Shown here one piece after another: positions 17,650 through 26,757 of a stretch of 37,359 bases of DNA (its first letter is position 1; every line of letters starts with the position of its first letter). The translations under genes were made by a program, and so were the position numbers. The notes under the pieces are model-generated. The model had not been told where the DNA came from and did no database searches. It was given only the letters and a program-made list of their open reading frames with translations. The DNA lies in the NCBI GenBank assembly GCA_938045545.1, contig CALIBN010000030.1:1-37359 (forward strand), written 5' to 3'. The DNA comes from an uncultured archaeon. Its GTDB lineage: Archaea > Thermoproteota > EX4484-205 > JAAOZP01.

Positions 17650-18766
17650 ATTCCCCCAGCCCTTTGCATACAATATATACGGCAGCGTAAGCAGGCAGCT
17701 CAACCTCTTCATCCTTAAAAGGCCCGAAGGTTCTTCCTCCTAGTCTGAACCTGGGCGCTATCTTCACTTTTAAACAGGTTTCCTCATCGCCGAAAGCAAT
17801 AGCCTCCTCTAAGGGTTTGAAGGACGGTAAATCCTCAAGCCTGATTCTCCTCTTCACCATGCCGCTGCTACTGTTAATGCTTTCAGGCATCCTCATCAAC
17901 CTGTGCATGTCGATGGTTACAACAGGATCGATCCTCACCTTAAGCTCTTCGACGATGCCCTCAAGCATTTTTAAAACTGTTTCCCTCTTGCTGGTTTTAA
18001 GTTTCTCTACGGACCCAGCCTTTTCAAGAACCCTCATGTACACTCTTCTCTTAACCCCTTTTAAACTCACTCCTCCAATACTAACTCCCCTCTTTAAAAA
18101 ATTAAGCAGCTCCTTCTCATCCAATCCTTGAATCAAAAGGTAGTCTATAATCTCTCTCCTACCTTCTCCCGTTACGTTTAGAAAGTCTTCTTGATTTACA
18201 TGGACATGGTATCCTCTGTTTCCACTGTAGAAGACACGCATATTCTCGGGAGCTATTCCAAAGTCTTCCCTCAAAACATGGATCAGCTTTTCAGTCTCCC
18301 TAAGTGCTACGTTAAGCTGTTTTTCACTAACTAGTCTAACCAGCTCTGTGGGGGCACCGCACGATGGGCATCCGTCTCTCAACCCTATGCCGTACTGGTT
18401 GCATTTCTGACAGATCCAAGCTGATTCCTCTTCGCTAACAGCGGCAACCGACTCCGCATCTATGTCGAAGAAAAGCTCCGCATTAACGAGTTTCTTCTCA
18501 GACATATCCCTATTACAAGGGTCCTCATAGTTTGCGGCGGAAACATATATGTCGAGAGGTATTTCATTCAGGATGAACTCATGAAAATCCCTCAGACTGT
18601 TGAAACACTTGTGTCTAAACATTCCTTTTCCTTTCTCCAGGAAGAAGCCGAACTCCCTGCTTCTTATCGGCTCCGGCGGTACCAGTCTACTGATATTCTC
18701 GTAATAGTACTTGAAGAACTCTCTCTTAAGGAACTCTAGGCTCGTCTGCAACATTCTTCTCACCAT
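17636..18766 (-). CDS. priS: DNA primase small (catalytic) subunit with Zn-ribbon insert
   Basis: REFGF, FDID, SGNRGYHV, ID..VT.D.HRL.R.P.S. Confidence 0.93.
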   Translation of the reverse strand: MVRRMLQTSLEFLKREFFKYYYENISRLVPPEPIRSREFGFFLEKGKGMFRHKCFNSLRDFHEFILNEIPLDIYVSAANYEDPCNRDMSEKKLVNAELFFDIDAESVAAVSEEESAWICQKCNQYGIGLRDGCPSCGAPTELVRLVSEKQLNVALRETEKLIHVLREDFGIAPENMRVFYSGNRGYHVHVNQEDFLNVTGEGRREIIDYLLIQGLDEKELLNFLKRGVSIGGVSLKGVKRRVYMRVLEKAGSVEKLKTSKRETVLKMLEGIVEELKVRIDPVVTIDMHRLMRMPESINSSSGMVKRRIRLEDLPSFKPLEEAIAFGDEETCLKVKIAPRFRLGGRTFGPFKDEEVELPAYAAVYIVCKGLGEYAGR

Positions 18767-19754
18767 ATCTTAAAGGATGCTTGATCCCTTTGCAGTACTC
18801 GTCGGGATAGCAGAGACCATTGGTGAGCATTGTCCTGCAGCTGGGCACAGAGTATTTTTTTCCTCCTCCCCGGATACCGGCCAAGTGTTCAACCTGGTAT
18901 TTAGTAACACTATACTTGTAGTCTGGCTGTTTCGAGAAGAATTCAATTATCTCATCAATATTTCTGCTTCTAGCGATCATGAAAGTTGCTACAACCAGCC
19001 TCTCGAAGTGTGAAGCATTCTCACCGTTCTCCATCCTCCTAATTATCCTGCCAATGCACGGGGGCGTATCCTCCCTCTCCCTTAAGGGGACACGGCTGGC
19101 TTTACCTGTTTCAAGCCTACTCCATACTCCAACTATTTCATCAGCCGCCCTCCTGAAGCTGTCGGGCACGGCTCCCGCCGGAACAGGCTCAAGAGTCTTT
19201 TCGTAAACATAATTATTCACCTCAACTTGGATAAGCCTCGCATACTCGGTTTTCCCCATCGAAACGTATCCATTATTAACAGCTCTGTTTACAAGCTTCC
19301 AGTGGGGCGCGTGAAAAGAGTACGCCAGCTTCAAATATGTTGGTATCTTAACCCTTATCGTGTTCTCGTCGTCCAGAACGCCTCCTACTCCCATTTTTTC
19401 TCCGATATAGAGCAGCGTCTCATCACTCTCGTTCAGCATCCTCCTGTAGGCACCCCTGCTTTCTCCAAGAGCATACATCCTCCTCACATACTCGTTCATA
19501 ATCATCGAAACAAGTATGATCGCTATCGGGAAGGACAGCATTTCCCTCACATAGTTCAGCTCGTCTAAAGCGGTTACCTTAACCTCCTTGAAAATAAGAG
19601 CGTTTTTAACCCTTTCGACAGCCCTTTTCAAGGCTGCTTCAGAGCCTGTTTTCTCCAGGCTTTCCAGCGACAGGTCGATGTTTCTAGATATGAATTCCCT
19701 AGTCTCCGGTAGAAACGGGTATCTCGCAGCCCTAAGGACGTTCTCACTCATCAT
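18726..19754 (-). CDS. priL: DNA primase large subunit
   Basis: ARYPFL, WKLVNR...GYV, PPCI, H..R, YQVEH, SC...LC..D..C Fe-S cysteines. Confidence 0.93.
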   Translation of the reverse strand: MMSENVLRAARYPFLPETREFISRNIDLSLESLEKTGSEAALKRAVERVKNALIFKEVKVTALDELNYVREMLSFPIAIILVSMIMNEYVRRMYALGESRGAYRRMLNESDETLLYIGEKMGVGGVLDDENTIRVKIPTYLKLAYSFHAPHWKLVNRAVNNGYVSMGKTEYARLIQVEVNNYVYEKTLEPVPAGAVPDSFRRAADEIVGVWSRLETGKASRVPLREREDTPPCIGRIIRRMENGENASHFERLVVATFMIARSRNIDEIIEFFSKQPDYKYSVTKYQVEHLAGIRGGGKKYSVPSCRTMLTNGLCYPDEYCKGIKHPLRYGEKNVADEPRVP

Positions 19755-19831
19755 TTTTCAAAGCCTTCTCTAATATCGTCTCTCCGTGAAACTTTATTAA
19801 CATTAAGGTTCGAAACTTCTTAGAAGCAAGC

Positions 19832-19839
19832 TATATAAG
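19832..19839 (+). promoter_or_regulatory. TATA box for pcna
   Basis: TATATAAG 36 bp upstream of ATG 19868. Confidence 0.55.
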
Positions 19840-19867
19840 GGGTCCTCTAAGCTATTAATAACCAGTC

Positions 19868-20638
19868 ATGTCGTCTCCAAGCATCCTCGCAAGGCTCGTG
19901 ATAAACGACGCCAGGGTTATTCGCAAGGCCCTTAGGGCAACTGCCTCCCTGATAGATGAGGCGCCAGTTAAGATTAGTGACGAGGGCCTATCCATAAGGG
20001 CTCTCGACCTGGCGGAAGTTTCGATGATCGACCTAGTGCTTTCGAAAGAGGCTTTCGAAACATTCGATTTCAAAAAGCCTCTGAAGGCGAATATACGTTT
20101 AAGCGACGTGCTGAACCTTCTTAAGTTCGAGGCTAAGTCTGAAAGGCTGGAGATGTCTTTCACGGAGGACAGGGTAAGCTTTAAAGTTAGCAACGATTTC
20201 ACGAGGATCTTCACAATCCCCGTTTTCTTCTCCGAGGATAAGGATCTGCCTCTTCCAAAGGTTTCTCTTGGAAACTCTTTCGAGACAAAGGTGTCGACTA
20301 TAAAACATCTGCTTGACAGCGGGAAACATATTTCAGACTATGTTTCGATAAGCGTGGAGAACAATGCTGTCGTGCTCTCCGCAAGAGGGGAAATCTCAGA
20401 GTACCAGGTTATCCTTAAGGCTGAAGAAGGAAACCTCATAAACCCGGTTTTAAAAGAGGGTTCAAAAGCGTCTTACGACCTTAAAAGGCTTGGCAGCATA
20501 GTTTCCTCCCTACTCTTCGGCGAAAACATGAAGCTAGAGTTCGACACGGATCTCCCCATGAAGATAACTCAGATCATTGAGGAGGTGCCGAACAGCACGG
20601 TAACCTTCTTCATCGCCCCCAGGATGGAAAAGGGCTAA
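19868..20638 (+). CDS. pcn: PCNA sliding clamp
   Basis: LIDEA...S.EGL.IRALD...VSMIDL, C-terminal FFIAPR; 256 aa. Confidence 0.92.
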   Translation: MSSPSILARLVINDARVIRKALRATASLIDEAPVKISDEGLSIRALDLAEVSMIDLVLSKEAFETFDFKKPLKANIRLSDVLNLLKFEAKSERLEMSFTEDRVSFKVSNDFTRIFTIPVFFSEDKDLPLPKVSLGNSFETKVSTIKHLLDSGKHISDYVSISVENNAVVLSARGEISEYQVILKAEEGNLINPVLKEGSKASYDLKRLGSIVSSLLFGENMKLEFDTDLPMKITQIIEEVPNSTVTFFIAPRMEKG

Positions 20639-20644
20639 CCTTCC

Positions 20645-20974
20645 CTAAGAGTATTCTCTCCAAGTATAGCCGCATTTGGTGCATTTGAAAAACTGGGTTG
20701 CGCTTTCATCCGCACCCCTAGTCTGCGTTATCCACCAGTACGCCTCTTTATTCTTACACTTCGGGCAGACAGCAATAGTAATGGGCAGCGGGTTAAGATC
20801 CGTGGTCTTCCTAACCACTTTTATAGCGCCGTCTCTACGCGCCGTCTCAACGCTTCTCTCAACAACATGTGCACGCTCCTCGTAGCCGCATTTAGGGCAA
20901 GAGTACAGCAGGCTATCCTTACCTCTTTTTATCTGAAGCTTAGTACCGCATTTCGGGCAGAACCTTATCTGCAT
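20645..20974 (-). CDS. tfs: Transcription factor S (TFS)
   Basis: Two Zn ribbons; QTRGADE acidic hairpin; start ATG 20974. Confidence 0.93.
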   Translation of the reverse strand: MQIRFCPKCGTKLQIKRGKDSLLYSCPKCGYEERAHVVERSVETARRDGAIKVVRKTTDLNPLPITIAVCPKCKNKEAYWWITQTRGADESATQFFKCTKCGYTWREYS

Positions 20975-21029
20975 AGGGGTTCTAATTGGGTGAACTGCCT
21001 CATTATAAATGTTACTGATACGCTTAGAA

Positions 21030-21311
21030 CTAGGTTTTCCCAGCAGCCTTGTCAAGCTTTTCCCTTAGAGACTCCAAGTCTTCGATCAAACCCCTGATTG
21101 CCTCTAAAAGAAGCTCCCCAGCATCTCCTTCCCCAGCATTTACGTAAAGCGTTGCATCCTGTTTAAGGGGATGCTCCATCCTGTAAGCAGAGTATCCTTC
21201 AACCAGCTTCGCGTTCAAATAGCTCGTTAAAAGGTTTAGCACAGTATGGGTCTCTCCATATATCTCCAGCTCTATGCTGCCCCTCCCAACCCTTCTATAA
21301 ACTACTCTCAT
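21030..21311 (-). CDS. rpo11: RNA polymerase subunit Rpo11 (RpoL)
   Basis: GETHT.LNLL, AY..EHPL. Confidence 0.9.
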   Translation of the reverse strand: MRVVYRRVGRGSIELEIYGETHTVLNLLTSYLNAKLVEGYSAYRMEHPLKQDATLYVNAGEGDAGELLLEAIRGLIEDLESLREKLDKAAGKT

Positions 21312-21901
21312 ACTCTAGCCACCAGCCGTTCAATCTGCTCATTGTAGAAAACGCTAAGCTTCCTGTTCTCCCTTGTCCTGCAGGAGGGGCAGGTCAAGTA
21401 TTTCTTGAAAAGCACCAAGGGGCTTCCGCAATTGCCGCAGTAAGCCTTAACCACACCGTATTCCTTGGCTGACAAATCTATCAGGTTCACGTTAACGGTC
21501 GACATTACTTCACCGTAAATGAGGTCGTTCTCCCTAACATAGTTTCTCAGGCTTCCGGTTCTGAAGCGAGGATAGCTTCTTCCAAAGCTCTCCCTACCTA
21601 CGAGACCAGTATACTCGTAGCTTAACCTATTCCCATTCACGTAAAATATTCTAACGTTAGCATAGTGGCTTGAAAAACCCGTCACGCTCCCGATTATCTT
21701 GAAACCGGGTTTAGGCACGAGAAGAGGCTTAAGCTCAACAACCTCCAGCATCCGCCTGTTTCTGTCGACACTGACTCTTCCAATCCTGCTCGAATATATT
21801 ACCCCGTCTTTCTCAAATGTTCCGTCTCCCGGGAAAAACTCCTCCAAGGTTGCGAGAGGCTCTCCGACGAGTACGAGCCTACTCGGACTCTCCCTCATCA
21901 A
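21308..21901 (-). CDS. csl4: Exosome RNA-binding protein Csl4
   Basis: EEF.PG.GT, S1 domain, GVVKAYC..C...L.C..C...E.RK. Confidence 0.9.
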   Translation of the reverse strand: MMRESPSRLVLVGEPLATLEEFFPGDGTFEKDGVIYSSRIGRVSVDRNRRMLEVVELKPLLVPKPGFKIIGSVTGFSSHYANVRIFYVNGNRLSYEYTGLVGRESFGRSYPRFRTGSLRNYVRENDLIYGEVMSTVNVNLIDLSAKEYGVVKAYCGNCGSPLVLFKKYLTCPSCRTRENRKLSVFYNEQIERLVARV

Positions 21902-22382
21902 CCTCGTCCCCTCTCTTCACAACTTCTTTCTCAATAAAAGTTTCAACAGGGATTTTAGAGGAAGCTGTCTTAAGGCTTTTCTTAACGATGTTTTCATGCC
22001 GAAGGCTTGAGAAAACCTCCATAACGGGTTCACCCGCATCTATCTTAGCGGCAAGCGTAGTAGGCTTCCCATAGGCTTTCTTCATACCCTTGCTAAGCCT
22101 ATCTGCACCAGCCATAGTCAGCATCTTGTGCTCTCTTAAAACAACATGAGGATACGGGATCAGCCTGAGAAGATAACCGGCTTCACCCAGCTCTGTCTCA
22201 AGAATCTTGTTGGCGGCGACACGGGCTGCTTCAAGAGCCTCCTGCTTTATCAAGGCCGGCTTCTTAACCCTGAGCCGGAAGACAGCTTCAAAATCCTCAG
22301 CCTTACCCAGTTTAAACTTGCTCACCCTAACCTGGGGTATTCTAGATATGTATTCCTTCCTAGTGTAAGGCATCTGCTTCAA
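21879..22382 (-). CDS. rpl10e: 50S ribosomal protein uL16/L10e
   Basis: YTRKEYI, ALEAAR, YPH.VLREHK...AGADR.S.GM..AYGKP. Confidence 0.95.
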   Translation of the reverse strand: MKQMPYTRKEYISRIPQVRVSKFKLGKAEDFEAVFRLRVKKPALIKQEALEAARVAANKILETELGEAGYLLRLIPYPHVVLREHKMLTMAGADRLSKGMKKAYGKPTTLAAKIDAGEPVMEVFSSLRHENIVKKSLKTASSKIPVETFIEKEVVKRGDEVDEGESE

Positions 22383-22483
22383 CTTTTATCCTGACCCTTC
22401 CGCTTGTCTTCCAGCAGGCCGGTTTAAAAAGCTTCCCCTTCCAGTAGAAGATAAAAGGCGCGGCAGGAGTAAATACCTTAATC

Positions 22484-23224
22484 TTGGATATAGGCGAGAA
22501 ATACTGCATCGTACTGGTTGGGCCGAAGTATCCGGTGAACGTTGGGCTCGTCGCAAGGACGATGATGAACTTCTCCTTCAGGAGACTGGTTTTAGTCTCC
22601 CCTGGAAAAGAGGTTTTAGAATCTTCAAGGCTTTATGCTGCCCACGGTGCAGCAATAATCGAAAAACAGCTGGTTTACGAGGATCTCTCGCAGGCCCTGC
22701 GAGAGTTGAAGCCCTCCGTAAGCATAGGAACCTCCGGCAGAAAAGCCTCTAAAAGCGTTCTACGCCAGTATGTTTCCCCCAGGGAGATGGTTGAACTATG
22801 CAGACCGTTAGAGGGAAGAGTATTCCTAGTGTTCGGCAGGGAAGACATTGGGCTTAAAAACGAGGAGCTCTCTCAGCTAGACTATGTTGTTCACATACCT
22901 GCTTCAAGCAAGTACAGCGTGTTGAACCTCGCCGTCTCCGCCTCAATACTGATGTACGAGGTTTACATGGGCTCGGCGGCAAATGTTAAGCCTCTAAGGA
23001 GGCCGGCCAGCAGGGAGATAGTAAACAGGATTTATGTTGAAACCCAGAACATTTTCTCCACTTTAAACCTGCCTGAGGTTAAGAAGAACGTTGTGCTCAG
23101 GTCCCTGAGGAACGTTATTGGGCGTTCCGCCCCCTCTGCAAAAGAAGCTGGCAGCATCCTCTGGCTTCTCAGAAAAATAAGGCTGGGAATAGAGGCTTTG
23201 AAAAGGGATCAGGGAGAAAGATAG
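22484..23224 (+). CDS. trmJ: SPOUT tRNA 2'-O-methyltransferase, TrmJ family
   Basis: NVGLVAR.M.NF, VFGRED.GL.NEEL, IPA...Y.VLNL. Confidence 0.88.
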   Translation: MDIGEKYCIVLVGPKYPVNVGLVARTMMNFSFRRLVLVSPGKEVLESSRLYAAHGAAIIEKQLVYEDLSQALRELKPSVSIGTSGRKASKSVLRQYVSPREMVELCRPLEGRVFLVFGREDIGLKNEELSQLDYVVHIPASSKYSVLNLAVSASILMYEVYMGSAANVKPLRRPASREIVNRIYVETQNIFSTLNLPEVKKNVVLRSLRNVIGRSAPSAKEAGSILWLLRKIRLGIEALKRDQGER

Positions 23225-23713
23225 CTTTAAAGAGGTAAAAACATCGTAAACCGAGCCTTATAAAGCATCGCGCACCTCCAATGGATGAGTAACGAAGAGG
23301 ATTAGGGGAGGCGTTGAAACCGGCTAGGGCATAACTAAAGTTTTCGGGGAGCTTAATGTTTCCAGAAAGGTTGGCTTCTCCTCTAAGAATAGGTGTGACA
23401 GGCTTAAGCCAACAACCAGATTACCTCAGCTAACCCTAGTATTCACCCACATCGTGGTCACGGTGGAGAAGAGTAGCAGCCAGCGGGGTTAAAAAACCTT
23501 TGAAATTGCTAGAATTTCTAATTAAGTAAATTCCCATGTCCTTTCTAGGTATGGTTTTATAGGTCTTGACGAAATGAAATAGATATGGAGATGGCTTGCT
23601 TTGATGTGAAGAGGACAAATCACTCTTCTTCATCCGTTACTCCTCTCCCAAACGGGTTTTTAAGCATAGTTGCAACAAAAGATTTATTTGCCTTCAAAAT
23701 CTCCTTCATCCGA

Positions 23714-23824
23714 GCCCTGGTGGTGTAAAGGTTAGCATTGGAGGCTGTCACCCTCCCGATCCGGGTTCGAAAGCACTGGCACGCGATAAAGCGCTAAAAA
23801 GTGCCGATATTCCCGGCCAGGGCG
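23714..23824 (+). tRNA. tRNA-Asp(GTC) with 39-nt intron at 59/60 (23772-23810)
   Basis: GCCCTGG/CCAGGGC acceptor, GGAGG-CTGTCAC-CCTCC anticodon arm, CCGGG/CCCGG T-stem; BHB TTCG-AA^A-GCAC...GTGC-CGAT-AT^T. Confidence 0.92.
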
Positions 23825-23954
23825 TATATTTTCTAAATATTTATAAACATTTATAGTTCTATAGCCAATTCGCGTTATAGTTTAAACGGAATTGGGGTTT
23901 GAGTGCAGCTAAATTTTTGATGCGCTAACTTGTTGAGGCGGATAAGGAAACTAA

Positions 23955-25160
23955 TTAGAGTGAGGCCGCTATGTTGTCCAAGATGCTTTCAAGATACTTG
24001 GCTAGGTTTTCAGGAAGGCCTGTGAGCTCAACGCTTAGGAAGCCTCTCACTATTATTGATCTGGCTTCTTCCTCGGTGAATCCTCTAGCCATAAGGTATA
24101 GGAGCTCCTCTTCTGCTATTCTGCCTATGGCGGCTTCATGCGTCAACTGAACATCCTGTACTCTCGCCTCCAACTCAGGCACGGTGTCTATCCTAGACTC
24201 GTTTGACAGTAATAGTCCTCTGCATTCTACGTGTCCCTTAACGCTTGGAGCCTTGCCGGCGACTCTGGCTCTGGCGACGGTTACGCTCTTGTCGAAGCCT
24301 ATTGTTCTGGAAAGTATTTCGCCTGAGCATGCCGGGGCGCCTAGTTCCAGGGTGCCGCCCACGTCTATCTGAGACGTTCCTCTGCTTATTATGATTGACG
24401 ACAGGTGGGCTCTGCTCCTGTTTCCGTTTAGACGAGCCGCCGGCTGCGTTTGGAGAGATGCTACCGGTGAAGTGTTTATGTAGTGGCTTATGAAGACGCC
24501 GCCTTCCTCGACGTGGGCTACTGTCCTGGGCCTGACGTGAATAGCTTTACCCCAGCTGTGGATCATTGTGAAAGTCAGGGTGCTGCCTTTCTTCAGGTAG
24601 AACTCGGATATTCCGATGTGGAGGCCAGCCTCCTCCCTCATGGCGGTGCACCCCGTTATAACGTGCAGCTTAGAGTTCTCGCCGACCACCACTATGTTGT
24701 GTGGAGCCTGAATCAGGCCCGGTGTCTTTAAAAGGAGGCATGCTTGAACAGGCGTTTCAATATTAACCCCGTCTTCAACCTTTATGAAGTATCCTTCTTT
24801 CTCCCCTAGGAATGCTGCGGCAGTATACTTGTCAGTATTGACTGAAACAGCCTTCCAATAATAGTTCAGGTTTTCAGATTCTTTAAGAGCCTCGCTCAAC
24901 GGCTTAACCGTCAGCCCGCTCCGCCTGGCTGAAGCATAGACTGCCCTGTTATCCACCTGGTAGTAGCTTCCAGACCTGTTTCTCTCTCTCAAGTCTATTC
25001 CCACGGATTCCAGAAGCCTCTCGGAGCCTTCAACCCCTATTGCAAAGCCTGTTCCAAGCTTGAAAACTGAAAGATCCAGGTCTAACCCGTGGGGAGCCGG
25101 TTTCGTCAACGCGTCTTCAGCCTTAGGCTTAAGAATCCTCCTAGCCTCCTCCAGGTTCAA
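23955..25160 (-). CDS. sufB: Fe-S assembly SufB/SufD-family protein (SmsB-type)
   Basis: GCT, H.GISEF, GHVECRGLLL, P.LE......THEAAIG.I..E.L.YLMARG. Confidence 0.9.
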   Translation of the reverse strand: MNLEEARRILKPKAEDALTKPAPHGLDLDLSVFKLGTGFAIGVEGSERLLESVGIDLRERNRSGSYYQVDNRAVYASARRSGLTVKPLSEALKESENLNYYWKAVSVNTDKYTAAAFLGEKEGYFIKVEDGVNIETPVQACLLLKTPGLIQAPHNIVVVGENSKLHVITGCTAMREEAGLHIGISEFYLKKGSTLTFTMIHSWGKAIHVRPRTVAHVEEGGVFISHYINTSPVASLQTQPAARLNGNRSRAHLSSIIISRGTSQIDVGGTLELGAPACSGEILSRTIGFDKSVTVARARVAGKAPSVKGHVECRGLLLSNESRIDTVPELEARVQDVQLTHEAAIGRIAEEELLYLMARGFTEEEARSIIVRGFLSVELTGLPENLAKYLESILDNIAASL

Positions 25161-25897
25161 CGCCTAGCCCTTCTACAGTCAACGCATGCTTCGAATCCGT
25201 GTTCCATAATGTTTGAAACCATTTCCCCGGGGTCTCCGCTGCAAACTATGCGTCCATCGAGAAGAACATGCGCCTCAGAAGCCTTGACGTGTTTAGCAAT
25301 ATAGCCTGTGTGCGTTATCAGTATTGCCGCCTTCCCGTTTAAAGAAAGGTAGCGGGATATTGCTGAACCTATAAGCGCAAGATTCTCCACGTCTACGCCG
25401 GAGTCAGGCTCGTCTAGAAGCAGGAGGCGAGGGTTTTGAATAAGGGTTAGCATCAGCTCAGCCCTCTTAGCCTCTCCACCGCTGAAGCCCACGTTGAAAT
25501 CCTTGTCTAGAAGACTCTCCATCCTCAGGAGCCTCGAATAATCTTCAAGAACCTTTTCAGCCTCGTCCACCGGAAGGCCTCTTTTCTCAAGGATTCTCAA
25601 CGCTAGGCTCCTGAGCCTGACGCCTTTCAGCCTCGGCGGAAACTGGAAGCCTAGGCCTAGGCCAAGCCTAACCCTCTCCTCCATCGTTAAGCCCGTTATC
25701 TCCCTTTCTTCGAAGAAAATGGATCCTGAAACCACTCTACAACGTTTATCCCCCACTATCGCGTGTAGCAACGTGGATTTTCCTGAGCCGTTGGGCCCCA
25801 TAAGGAGGGCTAATTCCCCACGGTTAACTTGAAGGTCCACCCCCTTAATCACGGTTTTGCCCCCGAGCTCCACGACTAGGCTTTTCAAATAAAGCAT
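25157..25897 (-). CDS. sufC: Fe-S assembly ABC ATPase SufC (SmsC-type)
   Basis: GPNGSGKST, FSGGE.KR, LLDEPDSGVD, THTG; C-terminal C...CxxC (IVCSG...ACVDC). Confidence 0.9.
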   Translation of the reverse strand: MLYLKSLVVELGGKTVIKGVDLQVNRGELALLMGPNGSGKSTLLHAIVGDKRCRVVSGSIFFEEREITGLTMEERVRLGLGLGFQFPPRLKGVRLRSLALRILEKRGLPVDEAEKVLEDYSRLLRMESLLDKDFNVGFSGGEAKRAELMLTLIQNPRLLLLDEPDSGVDVENLALIGSAISRYLSLNGKAAILITHTGYIAKHVKASEAHVLLDGRIVCSGDPGEMVSNIMEHGFEACVDCRRARR

Positions 25898-25947
25898 TTA
25901 TATACACGCTTATTTCCCCGCCCCAGCCCGGTTTAAAAAGGTTTAGC

Positions 25948-25964
25948 CTCAGAGTAACTCTGAG
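25948..25964. promoter_or_regulatory. Perfect inverted repeat, candidate operator upstream of the sufC promoter
   Basis: CTCAGAGT-A-ACTCTGAG with 8-bp arms, about 9 bp upstream of minus-strand TTTTTAAA (25939-25932). Confidence 0.45.
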
Positions 25965-26092
25965 AAGTCATTATTCTCCTGCAAACACCTTATCCTCATA
26001 GGCTGGAGGGATAAGACCACTGCTGGAAGAAAAACTTTATCTTGAGACGCTTGACGCTTTTAAAACAACTGATCAAGACGATGGAGGCGTTC

Positions 26093-26156
26093 AGAACCCT
26101 GGGCGAGATGCGCGACGGAAATGGGAAAACCCTAGTGCAATCCAGGGTTCTCCACA
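26093..26156 (+). ncRNA. Candidate small structured RNA (H/ACA-like hairpin)
   Basis: AGAACCCTGG/CCAGGGTTCT 10-bp stem, TGCGC/GTGCA upper stem, ACA at 26154-26156; TTTTAAAA about 35 bp upstream; no clear K-turn. Confidence 0.3.
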
Positions 26157-26187
26157 CTGTTTAAACCCTGAAAGGAGGCTGGTTTAA

Positions 26188-26757
26188 ATGGGTTTTGCAA
26201 AAGGTAAAAGAGTTTTCGAAGAATACGGCTATGTTCTAGACTTCTTGGAGGAGGGCAGGGTTGTAAGCAGGGTCGGCAGGCCTGTGCACACGCCTTACGC
26301 GCAGCTTCTTGGCGATAACTATTTCACCCTGCTGGAGGTTTCTCTATTCCCTCATGTGAAGCTAGGCCTTAAGGAAAGGGTTTTCATAGGAAGGGGAGAC
26401 AGGCCTCAGGTTAAGAACGTGCTTGGACGAATAAGGTATAGTGAGCTGACTCCTCAAGCCAGGTACATGCTTCCGGAGGTTGCGGAACTCATAATCGTTA
26501 GAAACGAACCCAGATTCATAGATCTTTTAAACAATCTTCAATCCATCTCGCCGAAAATGCATGCGATAGAGCTTCTTCCAAGCATCGGCAAGATGAATGC
26601 TAAAAAGATTCTCGAGGAGAGAGCGAAGAAGCCTTTCGCGTCTTTCGAGGACTTTTCAAGCAGGACCGGAGTACAGGGGATTGCGAGACTCATGGCGCAG
26701 AGGGTTGTGGAGGAGCTTTCCACTGAGGTTAAATACCGCATATTCACAAGGGATTAA
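26188..26757 (+). CDS. DUF655 family putative RNA-binding protein
   Basis: EEYGYVLDFL..G, AQ.LG..YFTLLE, H..ELLP.IGK, PF.SFED, KY.IF. Confidence 0.9.
   Translation: MGFAKGKRVFEEYGYVLDFLEEGRVVSRVGRPVHTPYAQLLGDNYFTLLEVSLFPHVKLGLKERVFIGRGDRPQVKNVLGRIRYSELTPQARYMLPEVAELIIVRNEPRFIDLLNNLQSISPKMHAIELLPSIGKMNAKKILEERAKKPFASFEDFSSRTGVQGIARLMAQRVVEELSTEVKYRIFTRD

Noticed and set aside
23772-23810. Nested intron inside the tRNA-Asp intron
   Set aside because: The internal stems (GGCAC/GTGCC, GCG/CGC) do not form a 3-4-3 BHB.
25900-26187. RNase P RNA, SRP RNA or SECIS in the sufC-DUF655 gap
   Set aside because: No GAGGAAAGUCC/AACAGAA P4 elements, no SRP helix-8 motif, and no in-frame UGA in the adjacent genes.
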